Shown piece after piece: positions 53,694 to 62,179 of a stretch of 64,000 nucleotides of DNA; within the stretch, counting starts at the first letter, position 1; the number at the start of each line of letters is the position of its first letter. The translations under genes were made by a program, and so were the position numbers. The notes beneath the pieces were generated by a model. The model was given only the letters and a program-made list of their open reading frames with translations, searched no databases and was not told where the DNA came from. Source of the DNA: Bacillota bacterium (GTDB lineage: Bacteria; Bacillota_I; Bacilli_A; RFN20; CAG-826); contig JAUNOH010000007.1 of the NCBI GenBank assembly GCA_030537155.1, positions 8,785 to 72,784 on the forward strand, read 5' to 3'.

Positions 53694-55825
53694 GCGTTTT
53701 AACAGGATTATTTACGGCAGCAGCTGTCATTGGAAATTCGTTTGCAACAACTCCTGTATCGACGGGGAGTGTTGAATTTGGCGTTCAGGCAAAAAGATCT
53801 TTGGCCTCCTCGACCTATGATTATTCGTGCATAGTAGATGAGACAGAGAGTAATGACAGCCAAAACGATGCTATCGAGCTCTCTCCACCCGAATACTATA
53901 CATACGATTCTTATTTGGCTACCTGCAACGGCACGTTAACATGCGTTGATACGGCGGATAAAGACTTTTTCTATTTTTGTCTTTTGACCGAGAGCAACGT
54001 TTCTATCAACGCTGAAATTACCTCGGGCAGTTATTCCTTGGGATTTACCGTTTTTTCTCTTGTCTACGACACTTTTGATGAGTTCCAGGAAGATAACGAA
54101 ATAAAGGCTTTTAGAGATGCTTATCAATTGTTCAATGACCAAGGAGAATCATTATCAAAAGGATATAACGCCTTATTAACGCCGGGAACATACTATATTC
54201 TTCTTGAAGGAAAACAACCTACCTACCAGGGAATCAGCATGGAGTATTCGCTTAGTTTAGGCGTATCTAAAAACACAATCGGGTATGAATCGTATTCGCT
54301 TGGTGATCTCCGGTATAACAAAAATCTCGAAGGAGCGGTTGTGCTATCGGATTATTTACCACTAGGTCCTACAAATATAAACAACCCGACAACTAAAGTG
54401 TCTACATTCAACAAGTTTACTAATCGGCTTCATATCCCTGATTTTCCGATGGAAGATTTTCGCGAATTAAATGAAGGATCTCCGATATATATGGGTAGCG
54501 TATATCTGTGGGGAGAGACTTCAAAAGTTCTTCTAAAATCCATGGCTGATTTATATTTACAAGAAGTCAAACCGCTTTTAGATGCCGAGGCCTGTCGAAT
54601 TGGGAAACTTACGGCAGAAAAGGGACTGGCTGATAATTGCATTAAACTTACATGTCTAATTTTAGATGCTGCAAGTCTTTTATTTCCGGCAATCGAAATT
54701 GTCACCGATGTAGCTTCTTTGATACTCGAGCTTTCCAGTATGGTTTTTGATTTCATTTTTGAAAAAATGGCTCCAACCATCCCCAACATTTATAGCAGCA
54801 TTACAACATATTTGTATGGGCTAGCGTGCAAACTCAGCAATCTGGGTAACGAGATTGTCGGAAGCGTGTTAGAGCTCCCCATTTATTACACGATCACGAA
54901 GGCTGAGGATTATTCCTCCGATAATCCAAATAGCATCCTTACCTTTATTCCATCTGACGACAATTATATGGACTCTCTCATAAAAGAGTGCACCGTTGAT
55001 ACCTTGAGTGGCACCACGTCAGACTTCGGCTATGCCCGCGGAAAAGTTTATGGATTGACCAGTTTGAATGATCTTGTAAACGCCACAACTTTGGTTCACG
55101 CTTCTCAATTAGAGGATGTTTCCCCGACTGTTTCTACGGTTACCCTTTCGGACGCGGCGACCATTAAACCGCTTGGGAAAGGGGATTATGCTTGGGTGAA
55201 GTTTACCGCCAAAACCGCAGGGCTCTACAGTTTCCATACTAACAACACAAAGCTGCTATTCTCCCATTACTCCCAGCCTGTGAAGGGTTATTCGGAAACC
55301 GGTTTAATTGCCACATCTTCGACTAGTTATTACAACGAGAGCGAGACAAAAACAGGGTACTACTACGAATTGAACATGAGCGCCGGGGAGACGGCGTATT
55401 TCCGAATATATGGAGAAGATTATTGCAGGCTTGCTGAAACAGGTTTGCTATTTTCAGTGATTTCCGGAAGTAGCAATCACGAACCTCACGTCCATTCATA
55501 CTCCGATTCTTATGTTTGGAAGACCACAACCTATCATTGCGCTAATTGTTCTTGCGGAGCCTCAATAAATCAGGTTCACGCCGTTTCGGCGACTAAGCCA
55601 ACTGTCTGTTTGCTGTGCAAAGGGACCGTTAAGACGGGGCTTGTCGGTGGGCTGGCTGACGCCAATCCTAATAATTTTGGGGCCGATGAGTTGCTGACAA
55701 ACACAGTTTATTTTGGGAGTGACAGCTATTTAGTCGTCGATAATTACATTTTCATCGGCGACGCCGACATGGCGGCTTTCCTTGACGGTACGTTGACTTT
55801 GCCAGAAGAATCGTTTTGCGCCTAA
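53690..55825 (+). CDS. 711-aa secreted protein with PPC-like (pre-peptidase C-terminal-type) beta-sandwich motifs, a hydrophobic helical middle region and a C-terminal His/Cys cluster
   Basis: N-terminal signal-like segment ending SFA. ESNDSQNDAIEL...DKDFFYF resembles a PPC domain start. C-terminal HEPHVHSYSDSYVWKTTTYHCANCSCG...CLLCKG. ATGA overlap with the upstream gene. Confidence 0.7.
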   Translation: MSVLTGLFTAAAVIGNSFATTPVSTGSVEFGVQAKRSLASSTYDYSCIVDETESNDSQNDAIELSPPEYYTYDSYLATCNGTLTCVDTADKDFFYFCLLTESNVSINAEITSGSYSLGFTVFSLVYDTFDEFQEDNEIKAFRDAYQLFNDQGESLSKGYNALLTPGTYYILLEGKQPTYQGISMEYSLSLGVSKNTIGYESYSLGDLRYNKNLEGAVVLSDYLPLGPTNINNPTTKVSTFNKFTNRLHIPDFPMEDFRELNEGSPIYMGSVYLWGETSKVLLKSMADLYLQEVKPLLDAEACRIGKLTAEKGLADNCIKLTCLILDAASLLFPAIEIVTDVASLILELSSMVFDFIFEKMAPTIPNIYSSITTYLYGLACKLSNLGNEIVGSVLELPIYYTITKAEDYSSDNPNSILTFIPSDDNYMDSLIKECTVDTLSGTTSDFGYARGKVYGLTSLNDLVNATTLVHASQLEDVSPTVSTVTLSDAATIKPLGKGDYAWVKFTAKTAGLYSFHTNNTKLLFSHYSQPVKGYSETGLIATSSTSYYNESETKTGYYYELNMSAGETAYFRIYGEDYCRLAETGLLFSVISGSSNHEPHVHSYSDSYVWKTTTYHCANCSCGASINQVHAVSATKPTVCLLCKGTVKTGLVGGLADANPNNFGADELLTNTVYFGSDSYLVVDNYIFIGDADMAAFLDGTLTLPEESFCA

Positions 55826-55887
55826 AAATACTATTTCGTTCTAGTAGCTTATTCTCGGGTTTGTAATTGGGTGGAAACTGAGACCCA

Positions 55888-57183
55888 CTATTCCCCGAGG
55901 ATTATGTCGATGGCCTGGGTTAGGCTTTCGCATTCGTAATCCGCTTTCGCGTCCGCGAAGTAGGCGTCGGGGTTTGGGTCCCCGGTGGTTATCAGTATGC
56001 TTTTGCACCCGGCGTTGATCGCGGTTTGGATGTCGCGCTTGGTGTCGCCGATGAACCAGCACTTCGAGAGGTCGATGTTGTATTTTTCCTTGGCTTTCAA
56101 AAGCATGCCGATTTTCGGTTTCCGGCAGTCGCAGTCGAACTTCAATTCCCTCACCTCGCCGGGGAAGCCGCTGTGGGGGTGGTGGGGGCAGAAATATAGG
56201 GCGTCGAGATAGGCACCTTCCTTGCCCAATTCGGTGAATAGTTTTTGGTGGATTTTCTTAAGCATCTCAAAGCTCACATCCCCGCGGGCGATGATGGGCT
56301 GATTGGTGATGCAGATGGCCAGGTATCCCGAGGCGTTGATTCTCCTTAGGGCCGAGGGGGCATCGTCTTTTAGTTCCAATGTCTCCGGTTTTTTGACGAA
56401 GTCGCCGAAGACATTGAGGGTGCCGTCGCGGTCTAGGAAGATGCACCTCTGCGGCTTGGAGAGGTTTTTGGCGGCCACGATGCCGGAGGCGATGTCTTTT
56501 TGGACCGACTCATAACGGTCGGGGGTGCCGCAGTCTTTGACGTATTCGCTGGAGACGTAGGCATAGCAATTCCCAGCTTCGATGAAATGGGTTAAAACTT
56601 TCTTCTCGAAATCGATTTTCTCGGGGGCTTCGATGTAATCGAGCACCTTTTTGGAGCAGATATACAATCCGGCGTTGGTGAGGTTATCGTAGTAGTAGTC
56701 GCGGACGTTGTTTTTGCTATCAATGGAAAGAATTTTTCCATCGTCGTCGGTCACCAACAAATCGGAGTCGTAAGGATGCGAATTTGGGTGGACGAAGGGG
56801 GTGAGGTCGCTACCTTTTTCTTTGTGGTAGGCGATGAAGCGGTCCCAGTCGATATCCAACAATAGATCACCGAAGAGGAGGATGAAGTCATCGCCTATCT
56901 CCTCTTTGGCAAAATATAATCCCCCGGCCGTGCCGAGGGGCTGGGTTTCCTCGATATAGGAGATATTTAGGCCAAAGGATGAGCCGTCTTTGAAGAACTC
57001 CCTGATGGGACCGCCGTTTTTGCCGATGACGATCTTGGCTTCCTTAACCCCGTAGGCCTTGAGGTTTTCGATCTGCCATTGGAGGATGGGCTTCCCACAT
57101 AGGGGGACCATCGGCTTCGGGATATCCCCGGTTATGGCTTTGAGGCGGGTGCCGGCCCCGCCGGCCTGGATGATGGCTTTCAT
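55888..57183 (-). CDS. bifunctional D-glycero-alpha-D-manno-heptose-1-phosphate guanylyltransferase (HddC-like) / D,D-heptose 1,7-bisphosphate phosphatase (GmhB-like)
   Basis: N-terminal nucleotidyltransferase GGAGTRLKAITGDIPKPMVPL. C-terminal HAD phosphatase with FLDRDGTLN and the Zn-site pattern CPHHP...CDCRKP. I use the internal ATG 57183. Confidence 0.8.
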   Translation of the reverse strand: MKAIIQAGGAGTRLKAITGDIPKPMVPLCGKPILQWQIENLKAYGVKEAKIVIGKNGGPIREFFKDGSSFGLNISYIEETQPLGTAGGLYFAKEEIGDDFILLFGDLLLDIDWDRFIAYHKEKGSDLTPFVHPNSHPYDSDLLVTDDDGKILSIDSKNNVRDYYYDNLTNAGLYICSKKVLDYIEAPEKIDFEKKVLTHFIEAGNCYAYVSSEYVKDCGTPDRYESVQKDIASGIVAAKNLSKPQRCIFLDRDGTLNVFGDFVKKPETLELKDDAPSALRRINASGYLAICITNQPIIARGDVSFEMLKKIHQKLFTELGKEGAYLDALYFCPHHPHSGFPGEVRELKFDCDCRKPKIGMLLKAKEKYNIDLSKCWFIGDTKRDIQTAINAGCKSILITTGDPNPDAYFADAKADYECESLTQAIDIILGE

Positions 57184-57189
57184 GGCTAG

Positions 57190-57198
57190 ATGATACCA
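57190..57198 (-). promoter_or_regulatory. extended -10 TGgTATCAT 6 nt upstream of ATG 57183 (leaderless-type layout)
   Basis: The minus strand reads TGGTATCAT-CTAGCC-ATG with no SD. Confidence 0.5.
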
Positions 57199-57247
57199 TG
57201 CTGGGGAATACCTTTTTCGTATAATCGGTTTAAGAAAAGCGCTTACA

Positions 57248-57256
57248 TGGTATAAT
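57248..57256 (+). promoter_or_regulatory. extended -10 TGgTATAAT 10 nt upstream of the pfp ATG (leaderless-type layout)
   Basis: TGGTATAAT-TGCGCCACTT-ATG with no SD. Confidence 0.5.
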
Positions 57257-57266
57257 TGCGCCACTT

Positions 57267-58466
57267 ATGAAATTCAAATCACTCGTTTACCTCCAATCCG
57301 GAGGCCCGACGGCCGTCATCAATAGCTCCCTCTATGGCGCCTATATGGAGGCTAGGAAAGGTGGGTTCGACCGGATTTACGGATCCATGCACGGCATCGA
57401 GGGCCTCATCAACGACGACCTCATCGACTTGGAAGTCGAAAACCGCCGGGACATCGAATTGCTGAAGCAGACCCCAGGGGCCATTCTGGGTTCTTCCAGA
57501 TACAAACTCCCGCAGGATCTGAATGACCCGGTCTACGACAAGATAATCGAGACCCTCAGGTTCCATGAGATCGGCTATGTCTGCGTCAACGGCGGGAACG
57601 ACTCCATGGATACCTGCGATAAGCTATCCAAGGTCGCCAAAAGAAGTGACTACCCCCTCCATATCATGGGCGTCCCCAAAACGGTCGATAACGATCTGGT
57701 GGCCACCGACCACTCGGTTGGTTTCCCCTCGGCCGCCAAATACGTCATCAACACCATCCACGGGATTATGTATGACGGGAACTCATATTCGGTTGGCAAG
57801 GTCTACGTCATGGAATGCATGGGCAGGGACGTCGGCTGGATTACGGCCTCAAGCGACCTTTTATCCGGCGAATCCCGCCCGGATTTGATAATCCTCCCCG
57901 AGGTGGAATTCGACCTTGAGGCCCTCATCGAGAAGGTTAAGAAAATCCACGCCCAGAAAAATCATGTCTTCATCGTCGTCAGCGAGGGCATCAAATTCGA
58001 CAAGGGCGAAGTGGTGGAGATCGACTCCTTCGGCCACGCCAAATTGGGCGGGGTCGGGACGAAATTGGCCAACATAATCAGGGAGCGGACCGGATTATCG
58101 ACCAGGGACATCGTCTTGGGGCTCCCCCAGCGCGGTGGCATCTGCTACATGTCGAAGGTCGACCAGGAGGAGGCCATCGGGGCCGGGGCTTTCGCCGTCA
58201 AATCGCTTAGAGATGGGGAATCCGGCAAGATGGTGGCCATCCGGCGCGTCTCCAACTCCCCCTATAAATCCGAATTCTTCCTCACCGACGTCTCGAAGAT
58301 CGCCAACTCGGTCAAGGCCATCCCGCCCACCATGATCCATAGCGACCGCCAGATGGATCCCAGCTTCGCCGACTACCTCTTCCCCCTCATCCAGGGTGAA
58401 CCGGAATTGGTGTATGAGGATGGGGTGCTGCTCTTCTCCAGATTCAGGTACGTGAAGGCTTATTAA
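57267..58466 (+). CDS. pfp: 6-phosphofructokinase, probably pyrophosphate-dependent
   Basis: PFK family blocks GGPTAVINSS, GGNDS and GVPKTVDND. The K in PKT (G in ATP-PFKs) is the established PPi-type indicator. Confidence 0.8.
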   Translation: MKFKSLVYLQSGGPTAVINSSLYGAYMEARKGGFDRIYGSMHGIEGLINDDLIDLEVENRRDIELLKQTPGAILGSSRYKLPQDLNDPVYDKIIETLRFHEIGYVCVNGGNDSMDTCDKLSKVAKRSDYPLHIMGVPKTVDNDLVATDHSVGFPSAAKYVINTIHGIMYDGNSYSVGKVYVMECMGRDVGWITASSDLLSGESRPDLIILPEVEFDLEALIEKVKKIHAQKNHVFIVVSEGIKFDKGEVVEIDSFGHAKLGGVGTKLANIIRERTGLSTRDIVLGLPQRGGICYMSKVDQEEAIGAGAFAVKSLRDGESGKMVAIRRVSNSPYKSEFFLTDVSKIANSVKAIPPTMIHSDRQMDPSFADYLFPLIQGEPELVYEDGVLLFSRFRYVKAY

Positions 58467-58473
58467 ACAAAGC

Positions 58474-58506
58474 AAAAGGCTGCCATTGATGACAGCCTTT
58501 TTTGTT
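58474..58506. terminator. bidirectional intrinsic terminator between pfp and mtnN
   Basis: Stem AAAGGCTG / CAGCCTTT with A- and T-runs on either side. Confidence 0.7.
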
Positions 58507-58510
58507 ATTT

Positions 58511-59191
58511 TCAATCGAGGATCAGATATTGCTTGGCGAGGGTGGTGGCCACCTCAATCGCCTTCTCGCTATTGGATTCGTATTCGCCAGAATTCCCAGA
58601 GTCGGAGACGACGCGGAGGCAGCCGAAGGGGATGCCGTAGGCGTAGCAGACCTGGGCCATGGCCCCGGATTCCATGTCAACCGAGCAGACGTCGAAGGAG
58701 GTCTTGATGTAGAGGATCCTGGAGGCGTTATCGATGAATTGGTCGCCGGTGGCGATCTTCCCGATATAGAAGGGGACCTTCTCGCGCTTGGCCGTCTTCT
58801 TTAAATCGCCCAGTAGCCTTTTATCCGTGGGCACCTCGACCAACTTTATCCCGGGTAACATCCCTTTGGGATCACCGAAGGAGGTGGTGTCGAAGTCATG
58901 CTGGATGAAGCTTTTGCCGATTAGGCAGGAGAATAGGGGGGCTTTCTGTGGCTCGAGGGAGGCGCATATCCCGACGTTGACGATCGACTCGGGGGCGCAG
59001 TGCTCAATTAGGGTGGTGATACCGGCGGCGGAAAAAACCTTCCCGATTCCGGAGACCACGGCCACGTATTTGGTGTTCATGAATTCGGCTTCGTATATCT
59101 TGGCGAACCCATATTTGTAGGAGGCGGTGATTCTCGAGGAGTCGAGGAGGGGTTTGGCTTCCCGATCCATGGCAAAGGCTAAGGCTTTCAT
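58511..59191 (-). CDS. mtnN: 5'-methylthioadenosine/S-adenosylhomocysteine nucleosidase
   Basis: I use the internal ATG 59191 (MKALAFAMDREAKPLL parallels MKIGIIGAMEEEV). VSGIGKV and the C-terminal SVDMESGA and RVVSD blocks are also present. Confidence 0.8.
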   Translation of the reverse strand: MKALAFAMDREAKPLLDSSRITASYKYGFAKIYEAEFMNTKYVAVVSGIGKVFSAAGITTLIEHCAPESIVNVGICASLEPQKAPLFSCLIGKSFIQHDFDTTSFGDPKGMLPGIKLVEVPTDKRLLGDLKKTAKREKVPFYIGKIATGDQFIDNASRILYIKTSFDVCSVDMESGAMAQVCYAYGIPFGCLRVVSDSGNSGEYESNSEKAIEVATTLAKQYLILD

Positions 59192-59198
59192 CGTCAAG

Positions 59199-59207
59199 AT
59201 TATAGCA
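59199..59207 (-). promoter_or_regulatory. extended -10 TGcTATAAT 7 nt upstream of the mtnN ATG (leaderless-type layout)
   Basis: The minus strand reads TGCTATAAT-CTTGACG-ATG with no SD. Confidence 0.55.
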
Positions 59208-59309
59208 AAGGAAAATTCGATTAATTCACCCAAATCAAATCGCTGGCGGTTTGCTAAAATAATACCAAAGCAAGGGAACGTTTCCGTTCGCACCTTGGAA
59301 GGAGAAAAC

Positions 59310-59924
59310 ATGCCACACGTCATCACAATCGGCCGCGAGTTTGGCTCGGGGGGCCGCGAATTCGGCAGAAGGCTAGCCGAGGAAATGGGCTGGGCCTATT
59401 ACGATCAGGAGATTTTGAATGAAATCGCCAAGAACACGGACTTCTCCAAGGAATATATAGCCGAGCTTTCGGAGAAGAAGCCGCTTCCCCTCTATCCGAT
59501 CCATTATGGCCATTCATTTATCATCGGGCAGACCAGCGCCTTCACCCAGGATATCGACGTCTTCAGGGCCCAATCCGAGGCCATTAAGCAATTGGCCGCC
59601 AAACGCAACTGCGTCATCATCGGCCGCTGCGCCGACTATGTCCTCCGCGATCAGAATCCGATCAGGCTATTCATCTACGCGGATATGGAGTCGAAGGTCA
59701 AAAGGTGCCGTGAAAGAGATGATAAGGAACACCTCACCGATCAGCAGATGGCCAAGATGATCCGCAAAGTCGATAAGCGCAGGAAAGCCTATTATGAGTT
59801 CTACACCGGCCGTCGGTGGGGAGCCCGCGAATCCTACGATATGCTCATCAACACCTCCAACACCGACATCAAGGCTTTGGCCAAGATTTTGAGCATCCAC
59901 TTCTCCGAAGAGGAAGGTGAATAA
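59310..59924 (+). CDS. cytidylate-kinase-like family protein
   Basis: N-terminal ITIGREFGSGGREFGRRLAEEMGW. ATG 59310 behind GGAAGGAG is preferred over track start 59127. Confidence 0.7.
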   Translation: MPHVITIGREFGSGGREFGRRLAEEMGWAYYDQEILNEIAKNTDFSKEYIAELSEKKPLPLYPIHYGHSFIIGQTSAFTQDIDVFRAQSEAIKQLAAKRNCVIIGRCADYVLRDQNPIRLFIYADMESKVKRCRERDDKEHLTDQQMAKMIRKVDKRRKAYYEFYTGRRWGARESYDMLINTSNTDIKALAKILSIHFSEEEGE

Positions 59925-59954
59925 GTTTTTATCTACCTTTCTAGGTAGCTTCTT

Positions 59955-59960
59955 TATAAT
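59955..59960 (+). promoter_or_regulatory. -10 box TATAAT 6 nt upstream of the plsC ATG (leaderless-type layout)
   Basis: TATAAT-GTCAGC-ATG with no SD. Confidence 0.5.
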
Positions 59961-59966
59961 GTCAGC

Positions 59967-60848
59967 ATGATTCTACTAGTCGTCTGCTTCCTTTTGGGTG
60001 CCTCGGCATCCTTGTGCTGCTATTTCCTCACCCCGATGGCGGATAGCCTCTGGAATCTTTTGTGGCTGATACTGATGGTGCCGACCGGCTTCGCCTTATC
60101 CTTTGGCCTATATCTGGTCTGCCTCTTATTTTGGGGGTTCACCGTCAACACCAAAAAAGTCCGCGATAAGCCCTCGAAAATCGCCCTGTGGAATTTGACC
60201 CAGGGGGCGACGGGGGCCTGTTTTTTCTGCCGGGCCCACATCAAGGTGACGGGGCTGGAGAAACTACCGAAAAACCAAAAGGTGATGTATGTCTCCAACC
60301 ACCTATCCAACTTCGACCAGCTGGCCATGCTCACGGCCTTTGACGGCTATCATACGATCTTCGTCTCCAAGCCCGAGAACTTCAACATCGTGGTGGCTGG
60401 ACCCCTCATCGCCAAAGCCGGCTACATCCCCATCAACAGGGAAGACGCCTTCGAGGGCGTCAAGTCGATCAGGAAGGCCGCCGATTTCATTAAGAATGAC
60501 CAATACTCGGTCGGCATCTGCCCCGAGGGGACTAGGAGCAAGGACCACGAGTTCCACGAATTCCATCACGGTTCCTTCAAAATCGCCCTGTGGGGGAAAT
60601 GCCCGATCGTCGTCTTGGGCATCCAAAACACCTGGGCCATCGCCAAGCGCTTCCCCTGGCGGAGCACGAAGGTCTATATCGACATCCTCGAGGTCATCCC
60701 CTATGAGGAGTTCGCGGATAAGAAGACCCCGGAGATCTCCGACCATTGCCATAAGGTGATCGAGGAGTATCTGGAAAAGAATAGGCACCGCGATTACCGC
60801 TTCCGCGGCAAAAAGGGGTCTATCTCTTCTAATGAAGAGGTCAAATGA
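59967..60848 (+). CDS. plsC: 1-acyl-sn-glycerol-3-phosphate acyltransferase with N-terminal TM segments
   Basis: Acyltransferase motifs NHLSNFD and CPEGTRS. Confidence 0.85.
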   Translation: MILLVVCFLLGASASLCCYFLTPMADSLWNLLWLILMVPTGFALSFGLYLVCLLFWGFTVNTKKVRDKPSKIALWNLTQGATGACFFCRAHIKVTGLEKLPKNQKVMYVSNHLSNFDQLAMLTAFDGYHTIFVSKPENFNIVVAGPLIAKAGYIPINREDAFEGVKSIRKAADFIKNDQYSVGICPEGTRSKDHEFHEFHHGSFKIALWGKCPIVVLGIQNTWAIAKRFPWRSTKVYIDILEVIPYEEFADKKTPEISDHCHKVIEEYLEKNRHRDYRFRGKKGSISSNEEVK

Positions 60849-60894
60849 ATATAATTGCTAACGTAATTAAGGAAACGAAAGGAATTACGAAACG

Positions 60895-61590
60895 ATGATC
60901 AAATTAGTTTTGCTCCGCCACGGGCAGTCCGCCTGGAACCTCGAGAACAAGTTCACCGGCTGGACCGACGTCGACTTAAGCCCCAAGGGCGAAGAGGAAG
61001 CCAAGGAAGCCGGATTAGCCTTGAAGAAGGGCGGCTATAGCTTCGATTTGGCCTTCTCCTCCGTCTTGAAGAGGGCCAACCGCACGATGGAGCTCTGCCT
61101 CCACGAACTCGGTGAGGATGACCTCCCCAAGTTCTACTCCTGGCGCCTCAATGAGCGTCACTATGGCGCCCTCCAGGGCCTCAACAAGGCCGAGTCGGCC
61201 GTCAAGTGGGGCGATGAGCAGGTCCACATCTGGAGGAGGTCCGCGGACGTCTGCCCGCCCGCCCTCACCAAGGACGATGAAAGGTGGCCCGGCAATCAGG
61301 AGAAGTATAAAGCCCTCGGCTTAACCGAAGAGGAAATGCCCCTCACCGAATGCCTAGTCGACACCGCCGCCCGCGTCAAACCCTACTGGGATGAGGAAAT
61401 CGCCCCCAAGATCAAGGAAGGCAAAAAGGTCCTCATCGCCGCCCACGGCAACTCGCTCCGCGCGATCGTCATGATGCTTGAGAACCTCACCCCCGAGCAG
61501 ATCATCTCCGTTGAGATCCCGACTGGTAAACCCCTCGTCTATGAACTGGATGAGAAGGATCTGAAGGTCCTCAACAAGTACTACCTCTAA
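60895..61590 (+). CDS. gpmA: 2,3-bisphosphoglycerate-dependent phosphoglycerate mutase
   Basis: [10 protein letters not shown] active-site motif, RLNERHYG and AAHGNSLRA. Confidence 0.92.
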   Translation: MIKLVLLRHGQSAWNLENKFTGWTDVDLSPKGEEEAKEAGLALKKGGYSFDLAFSSVLKRANRTMELCLHELGEDDLPKFYSWRLNERHYGALQGLNKAESAVKWGDEQVHIWRRSADVCPPALTKDDERWPGNQEKYKALGLTEEEMPLTECLVDTAARVKPYWDEEIAPKIKEGKKVLIAAHGNSLRAIVMMLENLTPEQIISVEIPTGKPLVYELDEKDLKVLNKYYL

Positions 61591-61604
61591 AAGAGAGAAA
61601 ACCC

Positions 61605-61634
61605 AAAAAGGCCCGCGTGGCCTTTTTGTTTTTG
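61605..61634 (+). terminator. intrinsic terminator after gpmA
   Basis: Stem AAAAAGGCC / GGCCTTTTT followed by GTTTTTG. Confidence 0.75.
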
Positions 61635-61669
61635 CTCGGCAATCCGCTTTGCCTTTTAGGGGGAGAATG

Positions 61670-61675
61670 TATAAT
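61670..61675 (+). promoter_or_regulatory. candidate -10 box TATAAT for smpB (leadered, SD AGGGGA)
   Basis: TATAAT lies 23 nt before ATG 61699. Confidence 0.4.
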
Positions 61676-61698
61676 CTTATGGCCCATAGGGGATAAAC

Positions 61699-62178
61699 AT
61701 GGCCAAGAAGAGAGAGGATTCGCTTTTACTCGAGAATAGGAAGGCCCACTTCCTATATTTTCTTTCCGACTTCATGGTGGCCGGCTTGGTGCTGACCGGC
61801 ACCGAAATCAAATCGCTCAGAGCCCATAACGCCTCCCTATCGGATTCTTACGTCTATATAAAAGATGGTGAGGCCTATGTGGCTAATATGCATATCTCCT
61901 CCTACAAGGATGGGACCATCTATAACGTCGACCCCCTCCGCGATAGGAAATTGCTTCTTCAAAAGAAGGAGATCCGGAAGATCGAAAGGGAACTTAAGGG
62001 TACTTCTATGACCTGCGTTCCCACCAAATGCTTCCTCTCCCATGGATATGCCAAACTAGAGATTGCCTTGGCCCAGGGCAAGAAAGCCCACGACAAGCGC
62101 GACTCCATCAAGGAGCGTGACCTCAAGCGCAGGCTGGATCAGGCCAAGAAAGACGGCGTCAAGGCCAGCGGTGAATAA
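61699..62178 (+). CDS. smpB: SsrA-binding protein
   Basis: 159 aa with NRKAHFLYF and GTEIKSLR motifs and a basic C-terminal tail. Confidence 0.92.
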   Translation: MAKKREDSLLLENRKAHFLYFLSDFMVAGLVLTGTEIKSLRAHNASLSDSYVYIKDGEAYVANMHISSYKDGTIYNVDPLRDRKLLLQKKEIRKIERELKGTSMTCVPTKCFLSHGYAKLEIALAQGKKAHDKRDSIKERDLKRRLDQAKKDGVKASGE

Positions 62179-62179
62179 A

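Noticed and set aside
59127-59326. Long 5' extensions of the two divergent ORFs (plus strand from 59127, minus strand up to 59326) that overlap each other.
   Set aside because: Family N-termini begin at 59310 (with an SD) and 59191 (with an extended -10 box). The extensions are mutually overlapping shadow sequence.
61648-61695. Possible third, degenerate copy of the 59-bp repeat upstream of smpB. TTTGCCTTTTAGGG matches the left arm of copy B at 13/14 positions, and AATCTTA occurs at a similar offset.
   Set aside because: There is no matching right arm (no CCCTAAAACGCC), and the remainder overlaps a plausible smpB promoter (TATAAT). The similarity is too short to separate from chance without a genome-wide search.
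61590-61700. Looked for a tmRNA (ssrA) gene next to smpB, and for tRNA/rRNA genes in all intergenic regions.
   Set aside because: Every spacer is too short or lacks the tRNA-like acceptor/T-arm sequence. I recognised no RNA gene other than the riboswitch.
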